DNA of 64,000 bases from an uncultured Gammaproteobacteria bacterium (GTDB lineage: Bacteria; Pseudomonadota; Gammaproteobacteria; JABCZS01): the NCBI GenBank assembly GCA_963848305.1, contig CAWKDC010000001.1, forward strand, positions 512,001-576,000. Reading direction: 5' to 3'. The position numbers and the translations under genes are program-made. The first letter of the stretch is position 1, and every line of letters starts with the position of its first letter. Shown piece after piece: positions 1 through 9,114 of this stretch. The notes under the pieces were generated by a model that made no database searches, was not told where the DNA came from, and was given only the letters and a program-made list of their open reading frames with translations.

Positions 1-243
1 TACGCCGAAATGCTGACAAGGTGGCGTGACACGATCAGGGCTGGGGCTGATAATGGATTCGACCTCCCCCATCGCCACACTGCGTTTATCTTCCGTGATG
101 CGAACCGAGACGGTTTCACCTGGCAATGCCTGTGCCACAAAACAACGCTTCCCATTGGGCAGTGTACCAATGCCGCGGCCTTCATGCGAGAGCGCGTCGA
201 TCGTGAGCTCAGTGACCGTATTTTTCAGGGGTGCTTGACGCAT
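1..243 (-). CDS. rlmD: 23S rRNA (uracil-1939-C5)-methyltransferase, N-terminal part (runs off the window; in frame with the upstream exonuclease)
   Basis: Manual translation MRQAPLKNTVTELTIDALSHEGRGIG...FVAQALPGETVSVRITEDKRSVAMGEVESIISPSPDRVTPPCQHFGV gives a TRAM domain plus the start of the Cys motif. GGAG lies 9 nt upstream of ATG 243. Confidence 0.9.
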   Translation of the reverse strand, partial: MRQAPLKNTVTELTIDALSHEGRGIGTLPNGKRCFVAQALPGETVSVRITEDKRSVAMGEVESIISPSPDRVTPPCQHFGV

Positions 244-1026
244 TAAATGGCGCTCCCGTGGGTCCCATTCTTTAATAAACTCGGCTGCATAGGCCTTTCC
301 GCTGGTGGCAAGGGTCTCCATTACCACCGCTTTCTCCCGCTCATAAGCATCGGGCATTAATTCGCCCCGCATGCGCTGAAAAGCTAAATAGGTTAAATAG
401 GTGTTCAAGACATCTGTTTCGCAGTAATCTCGAATCTCGCTGATTTTTCCTGCTTGATAGGCATCCCACACATCACTTCCGTGCATGCCCATTTTGCCAG
501 GCAGACCCAACATCAGGGCAATATGATCCAGCGGTGCGGCAGCTCGAGGCGTGTAACCTGATAGAACATCCATCAGATCGATGTGTCGATAATGGTATCG
601 ATTTAAGTAATTGTTATATTTGAATTGTTGATTATGATCCCCTACTTCCCAGTATTGCGCGGCTGTGATGCCGTGCTTGAGCGCACGGTAATGGAGCACC
701 GGTAAATCAAACCCAGTACCATTCCAGGACACCAGCGTGGGCACAAAGCGGTCGAGGCCGGCAAAAAAGCGTTCGATGATGTCTTTCTCAGGGCTGTTTT
801 CCTCACCCAACGACCAGATGGTTAATTTATCAGGCGTTTTCAATACACAGGAAATAGCGACGACGCGTTGCAGATAATGGGGTAAAAAGGTGGTTTGATG
901 GGTTTGCATGCGCCAGGCAAACAGAGCCTGAGCGACCTCTGCATCGCTGACATCCCCACACTTAAGTATCTTTCTGCCCAAATCACAATCGGGAATTGTT
1001 TCAATATCAAAGACAAAGACGGACAT
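244..1026 (-). CDS. PolB-like predicted 3'-5' exonuclease (no stop codon before rlmD)
   Basis: Manual translation from ATG 1026 (RBS GAGAGGGG): VFDIETIPD (ExoI), SWNGTGFDLPVL (ExoII), HIDLMDVL, IRDYCETDVLNTY (ExoIII). Absent from the ORF track because the frame stays open to the window edge. Confidence 0.9.
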
Positions 1027-1068
1027 GTACACCCCCTCTCGGCAAACCACGGGGGAGTATACCACATT

Positions 1069-2409
1069 CTAGCTCCCCTGCTTCCAGGCATTGAAATCTG
1101 CTGCCGCAATGCCCATGCCTGCGACACGAGGCATGCTTAAAAGACGAAGATCTTCCTGCATGATGTTGTGAAATTCGACTTGATCTGATATTGGAATGAG
1201 TTGTTTAATTTGTTCATCAATATACGCCTGCATTTCATCACCATGCAAGCAATTCATGATGATATGGCGAATCAGTGCCCGTCGATGTTCTCGATAAATA
1301 ACACATAGCTTATGAAAACCCATGACTTGTACGGTCGCATCATATGATTGGCAGGTTCTCGCATACGAAAAACAATAAAGATCAGCTAAAGGGCGAACAT
1401 CGTTTAATTCATAAATAGCAATCATTGCGTTGATATAGTCATTTTTTGGAATATCATTGAATGAGAATGGAACCAAATTTTCCTTGATCAATGAAATATT
1501 CGCACTCAAACGTGCAGTGCGTTTATTACAATCTTCAAAGCATTGTAGATATGCAATATTCAGCAATAAGAAAAAACTTTGCTCGAATGGATCTTGGATC
1601 GCATTCGCCTTTTGACAGATTAACTCTAAATACTCTTCTAGAGATTTTTTCTGCTCTAGCGGCAAATAGGTTGAACCGCCTATTTTGACAGGATGATCCC
1701 TCAGTACGCCGCAATGTTCTTGCAATAACAGTCCATCTGACAATAGAAACTGTAGGGTACAAATAAACTCTGGCGTTAATGCAACCTTTGATGCACTGTC
1801 AACCAAGTAACGTATCGCTTCTTTGTGATTTAAAATCATGATTTTTTCTTCGGTTAATTTACTTTCATTCTCAATCCCCTCTATCACCAATTTTTCCGTA
1901 TCCAATAAGGAATATGTGTTTCCCTCCAATCGTGATGAGTTATAAGATAAGTCAATCAATAATCGATTGTAAACAACCCGAGCATATGTTCCTGCCAATC
2001 CGCCAAAGTCTGTTCTGCGCCCCTCAGCCATTAATGTGGCACGCTGGGTTTCTGTCAAATAATAATCAACATTGGGCTGATAATCCTTGACCCATTCTCG
2101 GTTATAGGGAGTTGGCGATCTTGAGTAAATCGGTTGCGCAATATAGGCCAACGCAGCGTCACTGGCAGGGGTAAACAGAGGCAGTATCATTGCGTTTGCA
2201 CTGGGTAGGTTCGTCACTGCGTACCGCACGGCTTTTTTGCTGCCAATTTTGCGAATAGCGCCCACCGCCACCATTTCTTGTAGCCACCTGCTTAAAGAGC
2301 GCCTAGAGACAGTATCACCCAGCACTTCTAAAAGAGCTGCGGTACTCATCGGCTCATGAGCCTCGGAGAGGGCCGCAAACACGGCCATTTTATGGTCAAC
2401 TTTATTCAT
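1069..2409 (-). CDS. Fic/Fido family protein with N-terminal winged-HTH-like region
   Basis: LSYNSSRLEGNTYS, MILNHKEAI and the Fic-motif variant LQCFEDCNKRTARL; N-terminal SRRSLSRWLQEMV...KIG...RY wHTH pattern. Confidence 0.9.
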   Translation of the reverse strand: MNKVDHKMAVFAALSEAHEPMSTAALLEVLGDTVSRRSLSRWLQEMVAVGAIRKIGSKKAVRYAVTNLPSANAMILPLFTPASDAALAYIAQPIYSRSPTPYNREWVKDYQPNVDYYLTETQRATLMAEGRRTDFGGLAGTYARVVYNRLLIDLSYNSSRLEGNTYSLLDTEKLVIEGIENESKLTEEKIMILNHKEAIRYLVDSASKVALTPEFICTLQFLLSDGLLLQEHCGVLRDHPVKIGGSTYLPLEQKKSLEEYLELICQKANAIQDPFEQSFFLLLNIAYLQCFEDCNKRTARLSANISLIKENLVPFSFNDIPKNDYINAMIAIYELNDVRPLADLYCFSYARTCQSYDATVQVMGFHKLCVIYREHRRALIRHIIMNCLHGDEMQAYIDEQIKQLIPISDQVEFHNIMQEDLRLLSMPRVAGMGIAAADFNAWKQGS

Positions 2410-2483
2410 TTAATGGCCAATTTAAGTGGATTATGGCCAATTATAGATGTTTATTGGCCATTTTTCAAGTTTTATCGCCAAAT
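2382..2483. repeat. Array of TGGCCA-centred boxes at 20-21 bp spacing over the fic promoter and start
   Basis: tatggtcaac 2391, aatggccaat 2412, tatggccaat 2432, attggccatt 2453, atcgccaaat 2474, plus cggccatt 2382. Confidence 0.65.
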
Positions 2484-2560
2484 TAATGATTCATCAGCCC
2501 GAAGGCTATAACGCTTCCGGCGTTAATCGACCGGATAACCAATCAACCCCCAGATTTAAC

Positions 2561-2586
2561 GTACGGGCGCAGAGACGCGCGCCTAC
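2561..2586. repeat. Degenerate GTAG-family REP palindrome
   Basis: GTACGGGCGCAGAGACGCGCGCCTAC resembles the intact copies elsewhere in the window. Confidence 0.45.
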
Positions 2587-2696
2587 TAGGTGGACGTAGA
2601 ATATCAGCAAATATTCAACAGATACAGATGGGTTGTAGAAACGATGGATATCCCGTACAATGCCTTTAGGATTTTTTAATCTTCAAGGAACGAAGC

Positions 2697-4130
2697 ATGC
2701 GTGGACTTTATTGGTTTAGAAACGATCTTCGGGTTAAGGACAACGCAGCGTTGTTCAAAGCGAGCCAGGATTGTCGTGATGGCTTACTCGCCGTTTACTT
2801 CATTCCTCAAGATACCTGGCGCAAACATCACAAAGCCCCCGTCCAAGTTGATTTTATTCTGCGCCACCTCCCCTTTTTAAAGGCCGCGCTTCAAGCGTTG
2901 AATATTCCCCTTCAGGTCATCGTGGTGAAAAACTATGAAGCTTGCGCGCAGCAAGTTGTTGAATTGGCGCGCAGACACCAGATTGAAGCAGTATTTGGCA
3001 ATCGCGATTATGAATATGATGAACGTAAACGCGATAAACTCACTGAAACATTATTGTATGAACATCATATCGATTTTCACCTACTTGACGACAATGTCGT
3101 GGTTGCACCAGACAAAGTTTTGACAGGAAAAGGCACGCCTTATACCGTATTCACACCGTTTAAAAAATCTGCCATGATTTATTTATCCCGCGAAGGTGCG
3201 CTCCACTGTGCCGGCACATGTGAAAAACAAACCGAAACATTTGCTGAATCTTCTGAACTTCCTCAACATATTTCCGGGTTTGACAACGTGATTCCTGCTG
3301 AACTTTGGCCTGCCGGCATTGATATCGCTGAACAGCGGTTAGATGATTTTGTGCAGCATCGATTGTTTCAATACGACAAAATGCGGGATTATCCGCACAT
3401 CGATGGCACGAGCAAACTCTCTCCCTATTTGCATATCGGGGCCATCTCAGTGAAGCGCTGTTTTGAACGGGCCATCACGGCGGGCCATGTCAAGCAATGC
3501 GAAGGCATCAATGCATGGATATCCGAATTATTATGGCGGGACTTTTACAAGCAAATCAGTTTTCATTATCCCCATGTGTGTAAAGGCAAATCTTTCCATG
3601 CAGAATACGATAACATGACTTGGGATCGTGATGAGAAAGCCATTGCGGCGTGGAAAGCCGGTGAAACGGGTTATCCGTTAGTGGATGCAGCCATGAAGCA
3701 ATTGGTGAAAACCGGCTGGATGCATAACCGTTTGCGCATGCTGGTCGCGATGTTTTTCTGCAAATTGATGTATCAAGATTGGCGGATTGGTGAACAGTTT
3801 TTCATGGAACATTTAATCGATGGTGATTTTTCATCGAATAACGGCGGTTGGCAGTGGAGTTCGGCCACAGGCACGGATGCGGCACCGTATTTTCGTATTT
3901 TCAATCCCCGTCGCCAAAGTGAGCATTTCGACCCTGAGGGGATCTTTATCCGTGAGTTCCTGCCGACCTTGAAGGATTTCAACACCCGGGATATTCATGC
4001 CCCATCTGAGGCTGTGGCAAAAGCGGCTGGGTACGCCTTACCCCTTTTGGACTATGACAGGTCGCGCAAAATGTCTCTGGATAAGTTTCTGGCATTTAAA
4101 GGGCGGTCACGTCGCGGCAGGCGCTGTTAG
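2697..4130 (+). CDS. phrB: Deoxyribodipyrimidine photolyase (class I CPD photolyase)
   Basis: WFRNDLRVKDN, GTSKLSPYL, ELLWRDFY, GETGYPLVDAAM, TGWMHNRLRM, NNGGWQW, PYFRIFNP; RBS AAGGA. Confidence 0.95.
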   Translation: MRGLYWFRNDLRVKDNAALFKASQDCRDGLLAVYFIPQDTWRKHHKAPVQVDFILRHLPFLKAALQALNIPLQVIVVKNYEACAQQVVELARRHQIEAVFGNRDYEYDERKRDKLTETLLYEHHIDFHLLDDNVVVAPDKVLTGKGTPYTVFTPFKKSAMIYLSREGALHCAGTCEKQTETFAESSELPQHISGFDNVIPAELWPAGIDIAEQRLDDFVQHRLFQYDKMRDYPHIDGTSKLSPYLHIGAISVKRCFERAITAGHVKQCEGINAWISELLWRDFYKQISFHYPHVCKGKSFHAEYDNMTWDRDEKAIAAWKAGETGYPLVDAAMKQLVKTGWMHNRLRMLVAMFFCKLMYQDWRIGEQFFMEHLIDGDFSSNNGGWQWSSATGTDAAPYFRIFNPRRQSEHFDPEGIFIREFLPTLKDFNTRDIHAPSEAVAKAAGYALPLLDYDRSRKMSLDKFLAFKGRSRRGRRC

Positions 4131-4161
4131 CCGGTATCAAAAAAAATTGTGCTTTAGGCGC

Positions 4162-4189
4162 TTGTTTTTTTGAAAAATTCTGGCATAAT
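4162..4189 (+). promoter_or_regulatory. Probable sigma70 promoter of tRNA-Arg
   Basis: TTGTTT-N16-CATAAT with a TG extended -10, A-rich upstream tract and GC-rich discriminator (GGCCC). Confidence 0.55.
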
Positions 4190-4200
4190 AGGCCCACTAT

Positions 4201-4277
4201 GCGCCCGTAGCTCAGTTGGATAGAGTATCTGGCTACGAACCAGGAGGTCGGGAGTTCGAATCTCTCCGGGCGCACCA
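4201..4277 (+). tRNA. tRNA-Arg (anticodon ACG)
   Basis: Acceptor stem GCGCCCG/CGGGCGC, D-arm GCTCAGTTGGATAGAGT, anticodon arm CTGG-CTACGAA-CCAG, T-loop GTTCGAAT, encoded CCA end. Confidence 0.98.
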
Positions 4278-4300
4278 TATTAATAAACAGCATTCACTAC

Positions 4301-4378
4301 TGTCATCCCGGAATAACAAGCTCGAAAAATCGAACAAACAGGTCATACATGGCGCGTTTATATCCGACCGGGTGACGA
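4301..4378. repeat. GTCATCCCGG...CCGGGTGAC palindromic element downstream of the tRNA
   Basis: Imperfect terminal inverted repeats at 4302-4311 and 4368-4376, with inner pairing cgga-ata/tat-ccg. Confidence 0.45.
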
Positions 4379-4400
4379 TGCAGTCGCCTTCACACCATTT

Positions 4401-4428
4401 CCAGGGGTTTAGCATGTTGAACCCCTGG
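4401..4428. terminator. Hairpin between the convergent tRNA and CVNH-like gene (possible terminator)
   Basis: CCAGGGGTT...AACCCCTGG 9-bp perfect stem, extendable by G-U pairs; no clear U tail. Confidence 0.45.
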
Positions 4429-4480
4429 TGTGCATGGATATGTGCCGAAACTCTGGAGAACGACTCCCTCTACAGCACAA

Positions 4481-4807
4481 TTATTGCGCTTTGAGTTTGG
4501 TTTTAAGAGGTTTTGGTGTATCGCAGACCAACGTTCCATTGTAGTTAGATACGGTAGATTTTTTAGCACAGGTTTTCATGTTTAGGGTTGCGCTTAGACC
4601 AATATTTTGTTCATTCACGCATGTTGCCGTGAGTGTTGAACTTGATTGATTACACTGGATATCGTAGCATGAGTTAGTATATGTCCCAGTCCAAGGGCAG
4701 TTCTTGACTTTTTCTACTGGCTTCGCAGCATGAACTACTACCCAAGGTAATAATGACAAAACACCGGCCAACAGTGCGATACGTGTGATTGAAGAAGTTT
4801 TTTTCAT
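4481..4807 (-). CDS. Small secreted protein with a cyanovirin-N (CVNH)-like repeat
   Basis: Signal peptide (…VVVHA/AKP), then GTYTNSCYDIQC…TLTATC…LSATLNMKTC…VSNYNGTLVC, the GSY..SC…L.A.C…L.L..C…N.NG.L.C pattern. Confidence 0.7.
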   Translation of the reverse strand: MKKTSSITRIALLAGVLSLLPWVVVHAAKPVEKVKNCPWTGTYTNSCYDIQCNQSSSTLTATCVNEQNIGLSATLNMKTCAKKSTVSNYNGTLVCDTPKPLKTKLKAQ

Positions 4808-4883
4808 GTGTGCGTTCCTTTAAATGAGAATTAAATCCAGATTGGATTTTTTATTTATAGTATAAGGCTGGCAAAATTGCCAA

Positions 4884-5810
4884 TCACGCAGGGACGAGGT
4901 CGCCTTCATCTTCGAGGAGATCAGCTGCAGGCTCAGGGAAGGTAACGATTTCCCAGGCATCAGGGTTGGCCATCAAGGCTTTCAATAATTGACTGTTCAT
5001 GGTATGACCAGATTTTACGCCGTGGAAGGCGCCGATAATGTTCTTACCGAGCAAATACAAATCGCCGATCGCATCCAAAATTTTATGACGGGCAAATTCA
5101 TCGTCATAGCGCAAACCATCTTCGTTCAACACACGGTATTCATCGATGACCACCGTATTGTCCATGCTCGCGCCTAACGCGAGATTCGCGGCACGCATTT
5201 TTTCCGCATCGCTCAAGAAACCGAAGGTGCGGGCGCGGGAAATTTCTTTGACGTAAGATGTTTTCGCAAAATCAATCGTGAGGGATTGCGCTGTTTCGCG
5301 GAACACAGGATGATCGAATGCAATGTCAAACGTGACTTTGAAGCCGTTGAACGGTTCAATGCTCGCCATTTTATTGCCATCTTGCACGCGCACACGTTCT
5401 TTGATGCGGATAAACTCTTTGAGCGCAGGCGCTTGTTCACAAATGCCGGCAGATTGAATCAAGAAAACAAAGGGACCCGCGCTGCCGTCCATGATAGGCA
5501 GTTCGTTCGCACTGAGTTCAACGTAAATATTATCAATACCCAAACCAGCCAATGCAGAGAGCAAATGCTCAACGGTTGAGATGGTCACGCCGTCTTTGGA
5601 AAGGGTTGTCGAAAAACGGGTATCAGCTATGTATTCAGGACGTGCGGGAATATCGACATGCGGAGTAGATTTATCAGCGCCTAAACGGCGGAAAATGATG
5701 CCTGTATGGGCTGGCGCCGGACGCAATGTCAAGTAAACCTTCTTGCCACTGTGGACCCCTATTCCGGTCGTTTTGATGACGTTTTTGATCGTTCTTTGGT
5801 ATTTTGGCAT
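4884..5810 (-). CDS. lpxC: UDP-3-O-acyl-N-acetylglucosamine deacetylase
   Basis: QRTIK…[41 protein letters not shown]; follows ftsZ. Confidence 0.98.
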   Translation of the reverse strand: MPKYQRTIKNVIKTTGIGVHSGKKVYLTLRPAPAHTGIIFRRLGADKSTPHVDIPARPEYIADTRFSTTLSKDGVTISTVEHLLSALAGLGIDNIYVELSANELPIMDGSAGPFVFLIQSAGICEQAPALKEFIRIKERVRVQDGNKMASIEPFNGFKVTFDIAFDHPVFRETAQSLTIDFAKTSYVKEISRARTFGFLSDAEKMRAANLALGASMDNTVVIDEYRVLNEDGLRYDDEFARHKILDAIGDLYLLGKNIIGAFHGVKSGHTMNSQLLKALMANPDAWEIVTFPEPAADLLEDEGDLVPA

Positions 5811-5898
5811 CTGGTTTTCCTGTCATATGGCACACTAAGAGTGGCGATTATACTGAGTATTCATATGGTTGTATACCCCCCCCAGCATGGGAAAGAAT

Positions 5899-5934
5899 AC
5901 CCGCCCCTACAACGGGGCGGAGTACCTGCCCGTA
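5899..5934. repeat. GTAG-family REP palindrome pair directly after the ftsZ stop
   Basis: ACCCGCCCCTACAACGGGGCGGAGTACCTGCCCGTA. Confidence 0.7.
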
Positions 5935-7092
5935 TTATTCTTTATTCCGCCTTAAAAAAGCAGGAATGTCCAAATAATCTCCTGAAGCAGGCGCTTCCAG
6001 GACAGTCCGTGTCTCAGCTTGCCGACGTAAGACAGTCGGCTTTTCAAGTTTAGCATAATCTGTGGTGCCGTCAGGTCTTGTGGCACCCATCAGACGCTTA
6101 TCCTTAGGCAATCCCATGGGAAGGTTCTGGGCCAAGCCTGTGGCAACCACCGTCACGCGCAATTCGCCTTCCATGCTGGGGTCAACCACGGTACCTACAA
6201 CAACCGTGGCGTCTTCAGACGTAAAGCCCTTGATCACATCACCCACTTCTTCGAATTCACCAATTGTCATGTCCATGCCAGCCGTGATGTTAACCAACAC
6301 GCCCTGTGCACCTGTCAAATTGAGGTTTTCAAGCAAGGGGCTGGAAATGGCTGCTTCAGCCGCTTCGCGGGCACGGTTTTCACCACTGGCCACGCCTGTC
6401 CCCATCATGGCAATGCCCATTTTAGACATGACTGTACGGACGTCAGCAAAGTCGACGTTGATCAAGCCTGGACGGGTGATCAGTTCAGCAATACCGGCCA
6501 CAGCGCCTTGTAAAACGTCATTGGCGGCTTTAAAAGCATCCAGAAGGGAAATACCCTTACCCAACACAGACAAGAGCTTCTCGTTAGGAATGGTGATGAG
6601 GGAATCCACGTTTTTGCTCAAGGCTTGAATGCCCGCCTCGGCGATTTGCATGCGCTTACGGCCTTCAAAAGGGAAAGGCTTGGTGACGATGGCCACGGTC
6701 AAGATACCCATCTCTTTCGCGATTTCGGCGACGATAGGCGCTGCACCTGTGCCTGTACCACCGCCCATACCCGCGGTGATGAAAAGCATGTCTGCGCCGC
6801 GGATGGCTTCAATGATGCGCTGGCGATCTTCAATCGCGGCATCACGGCCCACGTCAGGGTTAGCGCCTGCACCCAGCCCTTTGGTCATTTTCTGACCCAA
6901 AGGCAATTTATTCGACACAGCGGAATGCTCCATCGCTTGGCGATCTGTGTTGGCGATGTAAAATTCAACGCCATCAATGTGGCCATTGATCATATGATTG
7001 ACCGCATTGCTGCCGCCACCACCCACACCAATGACTTTGATCACAGCGCTATCAGACGCTTCGCCTGTACTTAAAAATTCAAAATTTGCCAT
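5935..7092 (-). CDS. ftsZ: Cell division protein FtsZ
   Basis: [19 protein letters not shown] tubulin signature, INVDFADV, C-terminal LDIPAFLR. Confidence 0.99.
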   Translation of the reverse strand: MANFEFLSTGEASDSAVIKVIGVGGGGSNAVNHMINGHIDGVEFYIANTDRQAMEHSAVSNKLPLGQKMTKGLGAGANPDVGRDAAIEDRQRIIEAIRGADMLFITAGMGGGTGTGAAPIVAEIAKEMGILTVAIVTKPFPFEGRKRMQIAEAGIQALSKNVDSLITIPNEKLLSVLGKGISLLDAFKAANDVLQGAVAGIAELITRPGLINVDFADVRTVMSKMGIAMMGTGVASGENRAREAAEAAISSPLLENLNLTGAQGVLVNITAGMDMTIGEFEEVGDVIKGFTSEDATVVVGTVVDPSMEGELRVTVVATGLAQNLPMGLPKDKRLMGATRPDGTTDYAKLEKPTVLRRQAETRTVLEAPASGDYLDIPAFLRRNKE

Positions 7093-7119
7093 ACCCTATC
7101 CTCTTCCTGTGATGCCCAC

Positions 7120-8352
7120 TTAAAAACTTTGCTGAAACCAACCTTGCATGCGCTGCCATATCGAGTGGGTTTGCCTTGCCCAAAGCCCCGGCTTCTCTTT
7201 ATTGGCGCAATCCAATGCGTATAATAATAGCCCAACTCCAGTTGCATACATGGGATTTGACACAACATCTGTTAGGCCGCTCACGTGCTGTGGATATCCC
7301 ACACGCACAGGCATGCGAAACACTTGTTCAGCCAACGCTGCGGCGCCCTGCACTTTAGCACTGCCGCCGGTCAGCACAATACCCGAGGCCAGCAGGTCTT
7401 GCAAGCCACTGCGGCGAATTTCTTGCTGAACCAAGGTAAATAATTCTTCATAACGGGCTTCAATCACCTCTGAAAGCAATTTACGTGAAATTTGACGTGA
7501 TGGGCGTTCGCCCACTGTGCTGACATCCAAGACGGCATGCTCATCCACCATGGCAGCCAACGCGCAACCGTACTCTTTTTTGAGGGATTCAGCGGATTGT
7601 GTCGGCGTGCGCAAAGCCATGGCGATATCGTTGGTGACCTGATCGCCTGCAATGGGGATCACGGCGGTATGGCGAATCGCCCCCTCTGTGAAGATAATGA
7701 GATCTGTGGTGCCGCCACCAATATCGACCATGCAGACACCCAACTCTTTTTCATCTTCAGTCAGGACAGCATAGCTGGACGCAAGTTGCTCCAACACAAT
7801 ATCGTCCACGTCTAAACCGCAACGACGTACGCACTTTACGATGTTTTGAGCAGCACTGACGGCTCCTGTCACCATGTGCACAGTGGCTTCCAAGCGAACG
7901 CCAGACATGCCAATTGGCTCACGAATGCCGGTTTGATCGTCCACCGCAAAAGCCTGCGGCAAGACATGAATGATTTTTTGATCAGCAGGGATCGCCACAG
8001 CTTTAGCGGCATCGACGACGCGATCGACGTCAGCAGTGCTGACTTCATGATCCCGAATAGCCACGATGCCATGAGAATTGATAGAACGAATATGGCTGCC
8101 GGCAATGCCCGTGCAGACAGAATGAATTTCACAACCGGCCATGAGCTCGGCTTCTTCGCAAGCACGCTGAATAGATTGCACGGTTGCATCGATGTTGACG
8201 ACCACGCCTTTTTTCAGCCCACGGGAAGGATGATGACCAATCCCAATGATATCTAATGAGCCAGTCTCATTGACTTCACCCACAATCGCGACCACTTTCG
8301 AAGTGCCAATGTCTAACGCGACCAATAAATTTTTTTCGGGCTTCGCTTTCAT
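7120..8352 (-). CDS. ftsA: Cell division protein FtsA
   Basis: LDIGTSKV, VDIGGGTTD, VLTGG; dcw position. Confidence 0.99.
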   Translation of the reverse strand: MKAKPEKNLLVALDIGTSKVVAIVGEVNETGSLDIIGIGHHPSRGLKKGVVVNIDATVQSIQRACEEAELMAGCEIHSVCTGIAGSHIRSINSHGIVAIRDHEVSTADVDRVVDAAKAVAIPADQKIIHVLPQAFAVDDQTGIREPIGMSGVRLEATVHMVTGAVSAAQNIVKCVRRCGLDVDDIVLEQLASSYAVLTEDEKELGVCMVDIGGGTTDLIIFTEGAIRHTAVIPIAGDQVTNDIAMALRTPTQSAESLKKEYGCALAAMVDEHAVLDVSTVGERPSRQISRKLLSEVIEARYEELFTLVQQEIRRSGLQDLLASGIVLTGGSAKVQGAAALAEQVFRMPVRVGYPQHVSGLTDVVSNPMYATGVGLLLYALDCANKEKPGLWARQTHSIWQRMQGWFQQSF

Positions 8353-9039
8353 CTATTCTCTCCCTGCTTGATTGACGACAAAACCATTCGTATACCGCAA
8401 ATCCACGTACTGAACACCCTTGGGTGCTTTTAAATCGATCGGTGTCGTCGCGACAAACCGTTCCACACGTTCAGGCACATCCTGCGAGCCCAACGCTATG
8501 CTCAAGCCGCTGTCTAAAACGGCGTGCCAAGACCAACGCGCATTCAACGACAAAGAGGCTATCTTAACATCTCTACGCGAGAACAACTGATTCAACACAG
8601 CATACATTTCATGCACTTTAGGCAACTGGTCTGATGGCCCCTGCCAATAGGGGACATCGAGCTTCGGCAACACAGTAGGCATAAATCGTTCGCCGACTTC
8701 ATTGACCAAATCGTGCTCTCCCCAATACGCGATGGGCACTTGCTCCACCACTTCAACCGTCACTGTATCTGGCCAAGTACGCCGCACCTGTGCCGATTTC
8801 ACCCAAGCATTTGCTTGAAGTACCTGTCGTAATGCTTTGATATCGACTGCAATAAAACTTTGCGCAACATATGGCTCGATCAACGCTTGAAGCTCTGCTT
8901 GCGTCAAGTGCGTCAGCCTTCCTTCCACATTCACGACCCGAACAGGTAAGTGCTCGGGATCTTTCAAATAGTTATAGCTCACTATGAACAGTATAGCCAA
9001 CAAGATGATGGTAAGTGCTTGAAAAGTTTTTTTGATCAT
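8353..9039 (-). CDS. ftsQ: Cell division protein FtsQ
   Basis: Start reassigned to ATG 9039 (RBS AAAGGA); single TM helix, POTRA region (WVKSAQVRRTWPD), C-terminal YVDLRYTNGF. Confidence 0.93.
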   Translation of the reverse strand: MIKKTFQALTIILLAILFIVSYNYLKDPEHLPVRVVNVEGRLTHLTQAELQALIEPYVAQSFIAVDIKALRQVLQANAWVKSAQVRRTWPDTVTVEVVEQVPIAYWGEHDLVNEVGERFMPTVLPKLDVPYWQGPSDQLPKVHEMYAVLNQLFSRRDVKIASLSLNARWSWHAVLDSGLSIALGSQDVPERVERFVATTPIDLKAPKGVQYVDLRYTNGFVVNQAGRE

Positions 9040-9061
9040 CTGTCGAAATCCTTTGTCGCGA

Positions 9062-9114
9062 CCATTTGTGGGCGGGTACACGGCCATTTGTGGGCAGGAA
9101 AACCCGCCCCTACA
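9062..9114. repeat. GTAG-family REP-derived element supplying the murB stop codon
   Basis: Minus strand TG-TAG-GGGCGGGTTTTCCTGCCCACAAATGG…CCCGCCCACAAATGG, with GCCCACAAATGG duplicated. Confidence 0.7.

Noticed and set aside
10-246. Plus-strand ORFs 10-246 and 26-238
   Set aside because: They are antisense to the clear RlmD TRAM-domain frame on the minus strand.
2382-2483. Regularly spaced repeats as a possible CRISPR array
   Set aside because: Units are about 10 bp at a 20-21 bp period, far too short, and no cas genes are present; an operator array fits better.
4201-4480. tRNA-Arg as the attachment site of an integrated island
   Set aside because: No duplicated tRNA 3' end and no adjacent integrase were seen in the window.
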